From Chloropicon primus (taxonomy: Eukaryota): a DNA stretch of 64,000 nucleotides. The stretch covers positions 868,001 through 932,000 of the forward strand of contig CP060754.1 in NCBI GenBank assembly GCA_023205875.1, written 5' to 3'. Shown piece after piece: positions 54,491 to 64,000 of the stretch. Positions within the stretch are counted from its first letter, which is position 1, and each line of letters opens with the position of its first letter. Position numbers and translations under genes: made by a program. Below the pieces are notes generated by a model. It was not told the DNA's origin. It saw nothing but the letters and a program-made list of their open reading frames with translations, and ran no database searches.

Positions 54491-55021
54491 TCACTTCTTG
54501 TCCTTGCTGGCAGCCGAGTTGCACCAGAGTTGCTTGACGCAGCTCGTCAGCCCCGGTCCCCTGAGGTTGAGGTGGAGCAGGCCCATGACGGTCAGAGCGG
54601 TCACGCCCGCCATTCCCCCCCTGGCGATTCCCCTCATTCCAGGAGGAACGTAGTCGCTGAAGACCATGTTCATCGTGATGTGGCTGTGGAGCGGAAGGGC
54701 CACGCCGAGCGCCAAGTCCACGGGGAACAGGTACCCGCTATCCTTTGGCAAAAACGCGGCCGCCGGCGTCAGTGCCGCCAAGGCCACGTTCCCCATGTGG
54801 TGCACCTTCATCGACCCCGGCGCGGAGTCCGCTGCAGTGGGTTCCCAAACAAACAGAACAAGAAAAAAAGAAGAAGAAAAAAGTGTGTGTCTCGTCAGTC
54901 CCCCCCCCACCTCTGGAAACCCAATGAAGAAACCACAAACAAAAAGAATTTCGCGCAAGAGCGAGCACACTTCACGCGCCTCCTCCCCCCGTCACTCACC
55001 CGCTCTCAGTAGCCAACTCAT
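54491..55021 (-). CDS. SDH4: Succinate dehydrogenase membrane anchor SDH4; exons 55021-55000 and 54831-54491 (120 aa)
   Basis: VDLALGVALPLHSHITMNMVFSDYVP (CybS H and DY motifs) and GPGLTSCVKQLW; phase-1 intron gtgagt...ctgcag. Confidence 0.85.
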
Positions 55022-55029
55022 CTCCCCCT

Positions 55030-55068
<39 letters not shown>

Positions 55069-55228
55069 GCTGCCTTGTCTTCTCTTCCTCCCTTGCCCTC
55101 CAAAAGTCGACAAGCCCCGTCCTTTGAAATATCTCTATATCTCCCTCTCCTCGCTCTGCTTTCTTCTTCTTGCTTGCTTGCTTGTCGGCGTGGAGAGGAG
55201 AGGAGTTTCGGAGAGGACGAGTGAGGGT

Positions 55229-56527
55229 ATGGCGAACGCGGAGGAGGCGGGAGCAGCGCTGCTTGCGGCGTTGACGGGGCTGAGTCCCCCGAGTGCGGTG
55301 ACGCCGGAGAGTGAGGGGGAGAAGCGGAGCGCGCAGTCGTTCAGCATCGGGGGGGCCTCGGCCCTGAAGGCAGCGGCGAGCAAGGGCTTCAAGTTCAGGA
55401 GGGATGATCAGGAGGAGGAGGAGGGGGGGGAACAGACGGGATCCAAGGAGGAGAGCCACCTGATGACGCCGACAGAGATCCAGCGGTCGCCCTCTCCCAT
55501 GAAGTTGACTCAAGCGGAGGTGGAGAAGAAGATGCTGACGCCCGAAGAGATCGTGAAGATAACGAACGCGGAGGTCGACAAGCTGCTGATGAAGGAGAGC
55601 AAGAAGAATAAGAAGGCGAAGGGCGAGCAGGCTTCCGACCAGGCTCAGGCTCAGGCCAAGCCGGACACCGCGGAGGCTCCGCCAGCTGCGCAGCAGGGCT
55701 CGGAGAAGCGGGGTCGGAATGCGGGCGAAAACGGGGTGAACGAGGGCGAGATCAGGAAAGCCGTGATCTCGACGGTGAAGAAGGTCATGGGAGACACTAT
55801 AGTCCCCGCGTTCGAGCAGTCCTGCAGGGAGATGTTCAGGCAGATGAACAGCGCCCTGAAGAGCGGGATGCAGAAGCACGCGTCTCAGGTGAGCCAACCC
55901 CTCAAGGGGCAGCTTCAATCCCTCGAGGAGTCCGTGAAGAGCATGGAGGCCTCCATGAAGAGCGTCGAGGCGGCCATAAAGAGCTTGGAGGCCACCGTCA
56001 AGCGCCAGGAGGGCAGCATAAAGAACTTGGCCGCACGCCAGTCCGCGGCAGGCCAGGGCGACGTGAAGGCGCCGCGCTTGCTGAAGCGCGAGGCGGATCC
56101 AAAGGCGCTGGTGAAAGCGGACCTCGAGCAGAGAAAGTTTGAAGAGGCGTTCAGCAGGGCCTTGATGTCGCAGGACGTGGACCTCGTCCTGTGGCTCTGC
56201 GAGCAGATTGGCGAGGAAGAGTTCTTCTACCAAGACCCCTTCCCTCTCAGCCAGAGCGTCCTCCTGGCTTTGCTGCAGCAGGTGGGAAGCGATCTGAAGA
56301 AGGGGAGGGAGACCAAGTTCTCGTGGATTCAGAGGATTTTGCTCAAGTTGGACACGGACTACTTTGAGAAGGAGGGCCTGCTCCAACACCTTCCCCCCGT
56401 GCTGAAGGAGTTGCAGGGCAATCTGGGGAACCTGAACGTGAAGGCCAAGGAGAAATCCCGCCTCGAGGTCGTTCACGCGATCCTGACCTCGGTGACTTTC
56501 ACGGTGAACGCCAAGCTCGGCATATGA
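55229..56527 (+). CDS. EDC4: EDC4/VARICOSE/Ge-1 C-terminal-domain protein (no WD40 domain)
   Basis: IVPAFEQSCREMFRQM, coiled coil, FEEAFSRAL..LVLWLCEQ and PLSQSVLLALLQQV..KFSWI. Confidence 0.8.
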   Translation: MANAEEAGAALLAALTGLSPPSAVTPESEGEKRSAQSFSIGGASALKAAASKGFKFRRDDQEEEEGGEQTGSKEESHLMTPTEIQRSPSPMKLTQAEVEKKMLTPEEIVKITNAEVDKLLMKESKKNKKAKGEQASDQAQAQAKPDTAEAPPAAQQGSEKRGRNAGENGVNEGEIRKAVISTVKKVMGDTIVPAFEQSCREMFRQMNSALKSGMQKHASQVSQPLKGQLQSLEESVKSMEASMKSVEAAIKSLEATVKRQEGSIKNLAARQSAAGQGDVKAPRLLKREADPKALVKADLEQRKFEEAFSRALMSQDVDLVLWLCEQIGEEEFFYQDPFPLSQSVLLALLQQVGSDLKKGRETKFSWIQRILLKLDTDYFEKEGLLQHLPPVLKELQGNLGNLNVKAKEKSRLEVVHAILTSVTFTVNAKLGI

Positions 56528-56607
56528 GAAGAAGAAATTATTGATTATCGCCAAAGCGTTATAAAAAAACAATTTGTGATGGATTACAAAGAAAACAAAG
56601 TGCCGCT

Positions 56608-58074
56608 TCACTTCACCTGGCCCCTCAGGAGTCTGGCTGCCCAAGTCAAGCCCAAGCGCGCGCTGTATTCCAGAGTTGGCATGCGGTAAATGTAAGCAGT
56701 CTTCCTCAAGAGACTGGCGGGCAAGCCCGTCAAGTTCAACCCCCCCACGGGCAGGCCAACCGTGGCCTCGTTCTGACCGAGCGACATCATGTCCCCCAAG
56801 TGCTGGTACTGGAAGGGCAGGAGGGGTTGCTTGTTTATGCTGGACCACACGTTCCAGGCGACGTAGTCGGATTGCTGGAAGGCTACCTGGGCCGTGAGGG
56901 AGTACTTGCTCTGCTGCTCACCCTCCTGCACCGCAACGTCACCCAGAGCGAAAACGTAGGACGAGTCCAGCATGCGCAGGGTGCCGTCCGTCACGACACT
57001 GCCACCCTCGTTCCTCTTCAAGAAGGAGCCGCTCGTCGCCCCCGGGGGCGAGCTCCCCACCGACGCCGGCTTCTGCCCAGCAGTCCACAAAATCTTGTCG
57101 ACCTCGACCACGCCCTCCCCGCTCTCGACGTTCTCGATACTCAGGCTGTACTTGCCTCCCTCGGCACCTGCTTCGATCTTGGTGACCTTCGTTCCGAGCC
57201 TCACGTCGACCTTGCCCAAGGAAAGCGTGTTCCAAGCGTTTTGCCTCTGCTCCTTTGGATACGATTCCAGGATATCGCTTCCCGGCGTCATCAACTGCAC
57301 CAGCACCCGGTCCCCGTACTTGTCCACGAGGCTTGCAGCCAATTCGACCCCGTTCACGCCACCGCCCACGACAGCCAGGGTGGGCTTTCTCCCCCGCTCC
57401 GCCTCGCCCCTGAGGTACCCCTTCAGGCTTAGGGCGTCCTCCAAGTTGCAGAAGGGCAGGGCGTGCTCCTTCGCCCCTTCCACCATATCCAGCCGGGTTC
57501 CGGACCCGAGCGCCATCACCAAGTAGTCGTACTCGATAACCTCGCCGCTCTCGAGTTCCACCTTCCCGCGGGCTCCGTCCCCCTCGCCCTTTGGCAGGGT
57601 CTCCGCAACCTTCCCCTGAACGAAGTTCACGCCGGTGCGGGAGAGCACGTCCACAAAGCGAGGGGCGACCTCGTCCAGGTCCAGCTCCTCCGTGAGCAGC
57701 TCGTACAGGAGCGGCTTGAACACGAACCTGTCCCTCTGGTCCACCAGCGTGATCTCGGGCTTGGACTTCCCCGGCCAGACCAAGGTGGTGAGGCGAAGCG
57801 CCGTGTACAGGCCGCCAAAGCCTCCGCCCACGATGCAGATCTTCGGGCTCCCCGCGGCGGAAGCCGGGTGCACCTCCGATACCGTCGTTGCCGCCGCCGC
57901 CTCGCTCGACGCGCGCACCTTACAGCGCGCCCCCCTTCCCGTCGTCGCGGTGGGCCGAGACCCCCTCCGAGACCCCCGGTCCCTGCTGGTGGTGGACCCC
58001 GCGCTCCTCCCCCTCTCCATCCCAAGCAGGGGCGGCACGCTCCTCGCCGCGCCCGTCACCCTCTCCACCCCCAT
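56608..58074 (-). CDS. NDC1: Type II NAD(P)H dehydrogenase C1 (plastid); start uncertain (58152, 58074 or 58020)
   Basis: GGGFGGLYTALRL, FVFKPLLYELL, GGGVNGVELA, FALGD, TAQVAFQQSDYVAWNVW and FQYQHLGDMMSLG. Confidence 0.9.
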   Translation of the reverse strand: MGVERVTGAARSVPPLLGMERGRSAGSTTSRDRGSRRGSRPTATTGRGARCKVRASSEAAAATTVSEVHPASAAGSPKICIVGGGFGGLYTALRLTTLVWPGKSKPEITLVDQRDRFVFKPLLYELLTEELDLDEVAPRFVDVLSRTGVNFVQGKVAETLPKGEGDGARGKVELESGEVIEYDYLVMALGSGTRLDMVEGAKEHALPFCNLEDALSLKGYLRGEAERGRKPTLAVVGGGVNGVELAASLVDKYGDRVLVQLMTPGSDILESYPKEQRQNAWNTLSLGKVDVRLGTKVTKIEAGAEGGKYSLSIENVESGEGVVEVDKILWTAGQKPASVGSSPPGATSGSFLKRNEGGSVVTDGTLRMLDSSYVFALGDVAVQEGEQQSKYSLTAQVAFQQSDYVAWNVWSSINKQPLLPFQYQHLGDMMSLGQNEATVGLPVGGLNLTGLPASLLRKTAYIYRMPTLEYSARLGLTWAARLLRGQVK

Positions 58075-58654
58075 CGCCAAAACCTTCAAAGCGAGCGCGA
58101 GAACAACCAAAAGTCCGAAACAAACGTGGCTCGCCAGCAATCCCACTCCCATGCACCACCACCTCTATCCACAAAAAAAACAAGAACGCCCAACAAGCAA
58201 GAAGAACAAGAACAAGAATAAGAAGCAGAAGGATGTCGTTGTCCTCTGCTTCGCTCGATGGCCGTTCCTCTCGCCCTCTCGACGCGTTCGCCAAAGGTGT
58301 CCGGTCCTGTGGTCGAGATCGACCGATCGATCCCCTCCTCTCCTCTCTCAGCCTCTTCTTCGTCGAGCGGAATCTGCTGAATTGGATAAGAAAAGCGAAA
58401 GCAGAAAGGGAAGAAAGCGCAGAGGACGAGGACGAGGACGCGAGGACGAGGACGCTGGGTACGAGGAGGGGAAGGGGCAGGCGAAAGAATCGTGGTTTTT
58501 CGTCGCCTTGCGTTCGAGCCCTCGCTCGAAGGGAACGAGGGCGTGTTTGTGTGTTTGTGTGTTTGTGGAGGGAGGGACTCCTCGAGAGAGGAACAGGAAG
58601 GGAGAGGGAAGCCGGGAGAGGGAGCGGGAGTGGGAACGGACGGGAGGGAAGAGG

Positions 58655-61153
58655 ATGGAGGGGGCGAGGGGGGTGAGCGCGAGGGGTGGGGCCTTTGGTG
58701 GGCAGAGGTTTGCCGGGAGGGGTAAAAGTGCACAGAGCAGGAGGGTGGTGGCGGGTTACTCCTCGAGGAGTGTTCGGCGGAGGCGATGGAGGCAGACGCA
58801 GCACCGGTCGGGGACCTCCGTGGGTCACGTGGTGTTGTGCCGGGCTGCCCTCGACAGGTCGCCCAGCAACAGGCTGGAGGAGAAACAAAAGAGGGACGGC
58901 CTGAATGTTCTGGAAAGCGACTTGAGGAGGCTCAAGGACCTCGTCCTCTGCCTCAAGGGCCAAGACGTTGGAAGCAAGGTCGCGATTTTGAGGAAGGACG
59001 AGGCAGTCCAGTCGTCCGGAGCCCTGGGTCTGGAGGACCACCTGGCCAGGCTGTCCCTTCGCCAGCAGGTCGTGTGGTACTCCGTGCTGGCCCTGAGGCA
59101 GGGTCACGTCCTCCGGAGCGGGTCCGAGGACGACGCCTCGGAGCTCTCCTTGCTGCTGAACAAGCTGGAGCTGGTGGAGAAGTTTTACGACAGCATCGGG
59201 GGGGTTCTCGGCTACCAGCTGAAAGTTCTGGAGCTCATAGCGGGGGATGCGGCGGACGAGGATCCCTTGGGGGACTCGAGGGAGGAGGTCCTGTTCCCGC
59301 ACGGCCAGGACATCAGCAAGGACAACGCTGCGACGAGGGACATGGTGGCAGACGGTCTGCGGTCCATACCGGTTCTGGCGGAGGTTTATCCCGTGGGGGG
59401 AGCGGGGGACAGGCTCGGCCTGATCGACGAGACGACGGGGCAGCCCCTTCCCACTGCGCTTCTGCCTTACTGCGGCCGGTCCCTCCTGGAGAATCTGGTG
59501 CGCGACGTGCAGGCGAGGGAGAACCTGTACTATAGAATCTTCGGAGAGCGTCACTGCACCCCGATTGCGATCATGACGTCAGACGCAAAGGGCAACCACG
59601 AGCACATCACTCAGCTCTGCAAAGACAACGATTGGTTCGGCAGGAGGAGCGACTGCTTTTCCCTTTTCCGGCAGCCTCTCGTCCCTGTCGTGAATGGCCA
59701 GGACGGCAAGTGGTTGGTGAGCGGAAAGTTTGAGATTCTCATGAAGCCCAGTGGGCATGGTGCGATCTGGAAGCTGATGTACGACAGGGAGGTCCTGCAG
59801 TGGCTCGGCAGACACAACAGAAAGTCTGCCCTGGTGAGGCAGATTTCCAATCCCATGGCAGCGACAGATACCACGATGATCGCCCTGGCCGGAAAGGGTC
59901 ACAGCGGGGGGCACACCTTTGGGTTCGCGAGCTGCGAGAGAAAGGTCGGGGCTTCGGAGGGCTGCAACGTCCTGAAATCGTACGTGGATTCGACGGACGA
60001 GGCCGTGAGGCACGCGATCACCTGCGTGGAGTACACCGAGTTCGAAAAATATGGGATGGAGGACAGCGGGCACCAGAACTCGGAGGGGGAGGAAGTCAGC
60101 AGATTCCCAGCGAACACGAATATCTTGTACTTTGACGTGGAGAGAGTCCAGTCCAAGCTCGATGAGGGGGCCAAACTTGGGCAGAGAGGTACTTCAATCA
60201 TTCTTCCAGGGATGATTTTCAACCGCAAGAAGACCCTCCGGTACACGAACATGCTGACGGGGGAGCAGGAGGAGGTGAAAGGGGGGAGGCTGGAGTGCTC
60301 GATGCAGAACTTGGCTGACGTGTTCAGGCATGAGACGGGAGGGGCCGAAATCGACGAATCGACTTGGCTGCCAACTTTTCTCCTGTACAACAAGAGGCCA
60401 AAGGTCACGAGCTCGGCGAAGAAGAGGTACGAGCCGAGCACGAAGAAGGGTTCGATTTCCCAGACTCCGGAGGGTTCGTTCTACGATCTCATGAGCAACG
60501 CAGGCGAGGTGCTGGCCAAGTGCGGCATGGAACGACCCGATATGAACACCGTGAGCGAGTACCTTGAGGAGGGGCCCAGCTTCGTGTTCTTGTTCCACCC
60601 TGCCCTCGGCCCCTTGTGGTCTGTGATCTCCCAGAAGATTCGAGGTGGCAGGCTGGGGCACAAGTCCGAGCTTGTGCTAGAAATATCAGAGGTTGCCATG
60701 GAGGGCGTGGACGTCCAGGGCTCCCTCACCGTTCGCGCAGACAACGTGATGGGGGGGATGGCCCCGGTGCCGCGCACCAGCATGAAGGAGATCGTGTACT
60801 CGGACAGGTGCGGCAAGTGTAAATTAGAAAACGTCAAGGTAGAGAACAAGGGCATCGATTACTCGGGGATGGAGAATATTTATTGGAAGCACAAGGTGGC
60901 CCGATTGGAATCGTGTAGCATTGTCCTGGAGGGCAATTCAGAGTTTGAAGCGAAGAACGTCACCCTCCGGGGGAACCAAAGTTTTGTGGTCCCAGACGGC
61001 CACAAGATAAGCGTCTACGCCGGTGACTCTGGCGAGGTCGTCTCCGAGTGCAGACCGCTTGCGGAGGGCCCCTCCTGGACGTGGCAGTACGCCTTGGAAA
61101 AGCGTGGAGTCGTCCTCAACATGAAGGAAGGGGGCTTCGAGGCAAACAAGTAA
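58655..61153 (+). CDS. UGP3: UDP-glucose pyrophosphorylase 3, chloroplast (sulfolipid pathway)
   Basis: FYDSIGGVLGYQ, YPVGGAGDRLGL, RDVQARE, TPIAIMTS, KPSGHGAIWKL, RQISNP, FPANTNILY, GGRLECSMQN and QTPEGSFYD. Confidence 0.92.
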   Translation: MEGARGVSARGGAFGGQRFAGRGKSAQSRRVVAGYSSRSVRRRRWRQTQHRSGTSVGHVVLCRAALDRSPSNRLEEKQKRDGLNVLESDLRRLKDLVLCLKGQDVGSKVAILRKDEAVQSSGALGLEDHLARLSLRQQVVWYSVLALRQGHVLRSGSEDDASELSLLLNKLELVEKFYDSIGGVLGYQLKVLELIAGDAADEDPLGDSREEVLFPHGQDISKDNAATRDMVADGLRSIPVLAEVYPVGGAGDRLGLIDETTGQPLPTALLPYCGRSLLENLVRDVQARENLYYRIFGERHCTPIAIMTSDAKGNHEHITQLCKDNDWFGRRSDCFSLFRQPLVPVVNGQDGKWLVSGKFEILMKPSGHGAIWKLMYDREVLQWLGRHNRKSALVRQISNPMAATDTTMIALAGKGHSGGHTFGFASCERKVGASEGCNVLKSYVDSTDEAVRHAITCVEYTEFEKYGMEDSGHQNSEGEEVSRFPANTNILYFDVERVQSKLDEGAKLGQRGTSIILPGMIFNRKKTLRYTNMLTGEQEEVKGGRLECSMQNLADVFRHETGGAEIDESTWLPTFLLYNKRPKVTSSAKKRYEPSTKKGSISQTPEGSFYDLMSNAGEVLAKCGMERPDMNTVSEYLEEGPSFVFLFHPALGPLWSVISQKIRGGRLGHKSELVLEISEVAMEGVDVQGSLTVRADNVMGGMAPVPRTSMKEIVYSDRCGKCKLENVKVENKGIDYSGMENIYWKHKVARLESCSIVLEGNSEFEAKNVTLRGNQSFVVPDGHKISVYAGDSGEVVSECRPLAEGPSWTWQYALEKRGVVLNMKEGGFEANK

Positions 61154-61241
61154 GAACAGTCGTCGTCGTCGTTTGTTATACACCCTTGTTTCTTTTCCAA
61201 TAAAAAATAATACGTGGGATCACGAGGGGATCGCACCCTTT

Positions 61242-62039
61242 TCACTGCTGCTTGGCGTGGTCTTCCGGCATCCCAGTGCTGCCTTCCTCCCCGACTCCCG
61301 ACTCGGCTTCAGCAGGTATGCGCTCGAGGAAAGGCTCGTAACTCAGATTCCTCTCGTCAATGTAAAAGGGCTGCCGGTCTTCACCGACCTCAAAGGTGAT
61401 CAGGGGTCGAAGCGATCCTTCCGGGGCCTCCATCTCCTCGAACTTGAACTTCCTGATTCGCTTTTGGCCCAAGAGGGTGCAGGTCTCCACCTCCACAGCT
61501 TCGCTGCCCTCTCCGTGCCGGAAGGCACATATGTAAGGCGAGCTGAACCAGTGAAGCATCCCTGTCGTAAACAGGCTGAAGAATCCCACCGTCATCACAG
61601 CCCCTATCCTCCCGGAGAGCTGAAACCCACCCTGCAGGTAGAGCATCACTGGCAAACTCGTGAACGTGGCGCAAAGGCTGCAGACAGACAAGATCTTCAC
61701 CCGTTTCAAGGCCCCACCAAACGGAGCCACGTACTCGTACACGCGCACATCCTTCGTCCTTGACGCGTCCTGCGCCTGCGTCGCGTCCTGCAACCCCGAA
61801 GACGACGAGTACGGAGAAGCAGAGAAGCCCATCGAACCCTTGCCGAAGAAGAAGAAGCCGGACCCATTGCCAGCACTCGTCCCACTGGCCGGGCTCGCGC
61901 TCCTCTCCAGCCCGACGAAACTCAACCTCGCCAATCCCACCGCAGGCGAAGGCGTGTGCATACGTACCGCATCACGACTCGTGCTCCCCAGAACACGCCT
62001 CAGCAGTGCCATCCCTCCTACTCCTAACTTCGTCCCCAT
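61242..62039 (-). CDS. TMEM70: TMEM70-family mitochondrial membrane protein
   Basis: Mitochondrial-type presequence; YVAPFGGALKRVKILS, two TM helices, TTGMLHWFSSPYI and RPLITF. Confidence 0.78.
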   Translation of the reverse strand: MGTKLGVGGMALLRRVLGSTSRDAVRMHTPSPAVGLARLSFVGLERSASPASGTSAGNGSGFFFFGKGSMGFSASPYSSSSGLQDATQAQDASRTKDVRVYEYVAPFGGALKRVKILSVCSLCATFTSLPVMLYLQGGFQLSGRIGAVMTVGFFSLFTTGMLHWFSSPYICAFRHGEGSEAVEVETCTLLGQKRIRKFKFEEMEAPEGSLRPLITFEVGEDRQPFYIDERNLSYEPFLERIPAEAESGVGEEGSTGMPEDHAKQQ

Positions 62040-62195
62040 CCCTCCGAGCCGACGAGAAGAAAAAGAGAATGAGAATGCATGCTGCTGGGCGGGGGGCGTT
62101 AGAGCGTGTCTGGGATGGAGGGGACGAGGACGAAGCGCGCGCTCTCTCTCTCGAACGCGAAGGGACGAAGGGGAGAAGGGCCCTGGACGGGGACT

Positions 62196-63133
62196 ATGAA
62201 GGTGGGGCAGTTGAAGATGGGGAGAGTTGGGGCGTGGAGAGTTGGTGTGCAGGCCTCGGGGAGGAGGAGGGATACGCTCTGGAAAGATGTGGAAGGAGGG
62301 AAAGTGGATGAAAGGGGACGGTTTGCTTCCATCCTTTCCTCCTCCCTCCTCTCGATTGCGTTGCTCTTGTCTTCTCCAGGCTCGGCCACGGCGAGAGAGG
62401 CCATCGACGTCGAGAAGTACCAGGGAGTGTGGTATGAGGTGGCTTCTCTAAAGAGGGGGTTCGCCGGGGAGGGGCAGCTGGACTGTCATTGTACCCAAGG
62501 CCTCTACAGCAAAACGGACCAAGGGAAGATGAGCGTGAAAACGTTTTGTGTCCACGGGAGCTCCACGGGCAAGATAAGTGGAATCGAGGGAAGAGTATCC
62601 TGCGAGAGTGCCGCCGGGGACGCCGAAGGGGAAGGCTTCCAGGGCTGCAGACTCAACTTTCCTTCTATCCCCTTTATCCCCCCGGAACCGTATAACGTCC
62701 TGGACACGGACTATACGAGTTTCGCGCTCGTGGAAGGCGCAAAAGGCAAGTCCCTCGTCACACCGATCGGCGAGCTCGAAAAACTAACCCCCCTTTCCGT
62801 TCGGCAGACGCAAGCTTTGTCCAAGTCTACTCGAGAAAACCTCAACCTGGCAAGGCGTTCGTCCGCAGAATGATCGGCCGGCTCGAGAAGGACTACGGTT
62901 ACGAGAAGGGAAGCATCAAGGAAACGCCGCAGGACTGCGACGAGAATCTCATGCAAAAGATGGACGCCATGATGAGGTCGCCGGGAATGACGAGCATGAT
63001 GAGCAACACCGCGGAGAAGACGATCGACGAGCTCTTGGGGGGGGACGACGACTTTGATGGAATTGCCTTGCAGGGCCCGAGAAATCCGCTGACAGAAGCG
63101 AAGGACCTGTTGGACCTTTTTCGCATGTTTTGA
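62196..63133 (+). CDS. CHL: Chloroplastic (thylakoid lumen) lipocalin; GC-AG intron 62746-62807
   Basis: YQGVWYEVASLKRGFAGEGQLDCHCTQGLY and PYNVLDTDY; spliced EGAKDASFVQVYSR; TPQDC. The start could alternatively be 62115. Confidence 0.9.
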
Positions 63134-63169
63134 GTGGAATCAAATCAATCAATCAAGACAAGTTCTCTT

Positions 63170-64000
63170 TTAGTGTATCAGTGTCGAGTTCGGAGAGAGG
63201 TGGCAAAACTCGTGGTCGCCAGTCTCTGCCTCCTCCTCCTGGTTCTGCCCGCTCCACAGAATCGTGGTTACTTGTTGGAGATTCGCCATCGTCTCCTGTA
63301 TGTGCCTCGCATCGCGGCTGTTCGCTTTTGTCTTGCCGTGCAGAGCGAGCTCTGCCTCTGTGCTCAGGAGCCTGTCGTGAGCCTCGCCAAGGTTCCTGAT
63401 CGAAGCCTTCATCCTCTGGGATTTGTAAAGCAGAATCCACAACGAATTGGATGCGTAGGAGGCCATCTTAGGCGACGCGCTGAAGTCGTACACCCGGGTC
63501 AAGAGCATCTGGAGCACCTCCTCCCTGCTCAGCAGGTACGTTTTCATGTCTGAAGAAAAGGACATGTTCCTGAGAAACAAGAGAACCTCCTCCATCGCTT
63601 GGTCGCTGTCTTCCAAGTCCCCAACAGCAAGGAGGAAATCCATCAGATCAGAGAAGGAAGGGTGGTGGAGCAAGAAGGAACGGGAGTCCCTGAATGCAGC
63701 CAGGTCCGAAAGGAACTTCAGCACTTGGCCGAACTTCCTGGAGTCCTTCTTCTTCAGAAGCCTCTCCAAGAAACCGATCATCCTGCCGACAAAATCAGTC
63801 TTCAGAATCGCGGTCCGTGATTCTTGAATCTGCACGAGTGCCTGCACGATGTAGCCACACAGCTCGGTGATTGGTCGGAGGCTCTTCTTCTTCTCCCAGA
63901 TCTCGAGCACCTGCAAGAAAAAGCTGGGCTGACGGTTCTTGCTGGGAACCTTGACGTCAATGATTTCCAAGCACGCCGCGCTTGAATTGGCTGCCATGTT
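63170..64000 (-). CDS. RTTN: Rotatin-like ARM-repeat protein, 3' end (partial)
   Basis: Frame is open to the window edge. LLFLRNMSFSSDMK..ASNSLWILLYKSQRMKASI resembles the recalled rotatin C-terminus. Confidence 0.65.
   Translation of the reverse strand, partial: NMAANSSAACLEIIDVKVPSKNRQPSFFLQVLEIWEKKKSLRPITELCGYIVQALVQIQESRTAILKTDFVGRMIGFLERLLKKKDSRKFGQVLKFLSDLAAFRDSRSFLLHHPSFSDLMDFLLAVGDLEDSDQAMEEVLLFLRNMSFSSDMKTYLLSREEVLQMLLTRVYDFSASPKMASYASNSLWILLYKSQRMKASIRNLGEAHDRLLSTEAELALHGKTKANSRDARHIQETMANLQQVTTILWSGQNQEEEAETGDHEFCHLSPNSTLIH

Noticed and set aside
57635..58654. 340-aa N-terminal extension of the 1172-aa UGP3 ORF
   Set aside because: Antisense to NDC1 plus low-complexity intergenic sequence; a transit-peptide-like start is at 58655.

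Overview
A very gene-dense, GC-rich eukaryotic nuclear region from a green alga with a compact genome. It has few, short introns (GT-AG, plus one GC-AG), CTRAC branch points, TGTAA poly(A)-type signals and plastid-targeted genes. The style resembles a picoplanktonic chlorophyte such as Chloropicon; that assignment is inference only. About 41 protein-coding genes are recognisable, 12 of them reassembled by hand across introns. They include plastid, mitochondrial and cytosolic chaperonins, TYW1, PUS1, PSTK, ProRS, DDX55, GNL3, NBP35, GRXS16, RMI1, RAD18, myosin VIII, VTE1, NDC1, UGP3, SDH3/SDH4, CFAP298, an LC6-like dynein light chain and the 3' end of rotatin. Two intronic box C/D snoRNAs with LSU rRNA guides are not in the ORF track. 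The best leads are: a stand-alone SPIDR-like OB protein, a bacterial-type NagB/PIG-L fusion, a MATH domain nested inside a BTB fold, a GST-like domain fused to ProRS, adjacent nuclear SDH3/SDH4, two in-frame ORFs separated only by TGA-GGG, an EDC4 without its WD40 domain, flagellar genes, and an unexplained structured non-coding island at about 13.0-13.5 kb. No CRISPR array, rRNA, tRNA or transposase was seen. All family assignments come from motif recognition from memory, not database searches.
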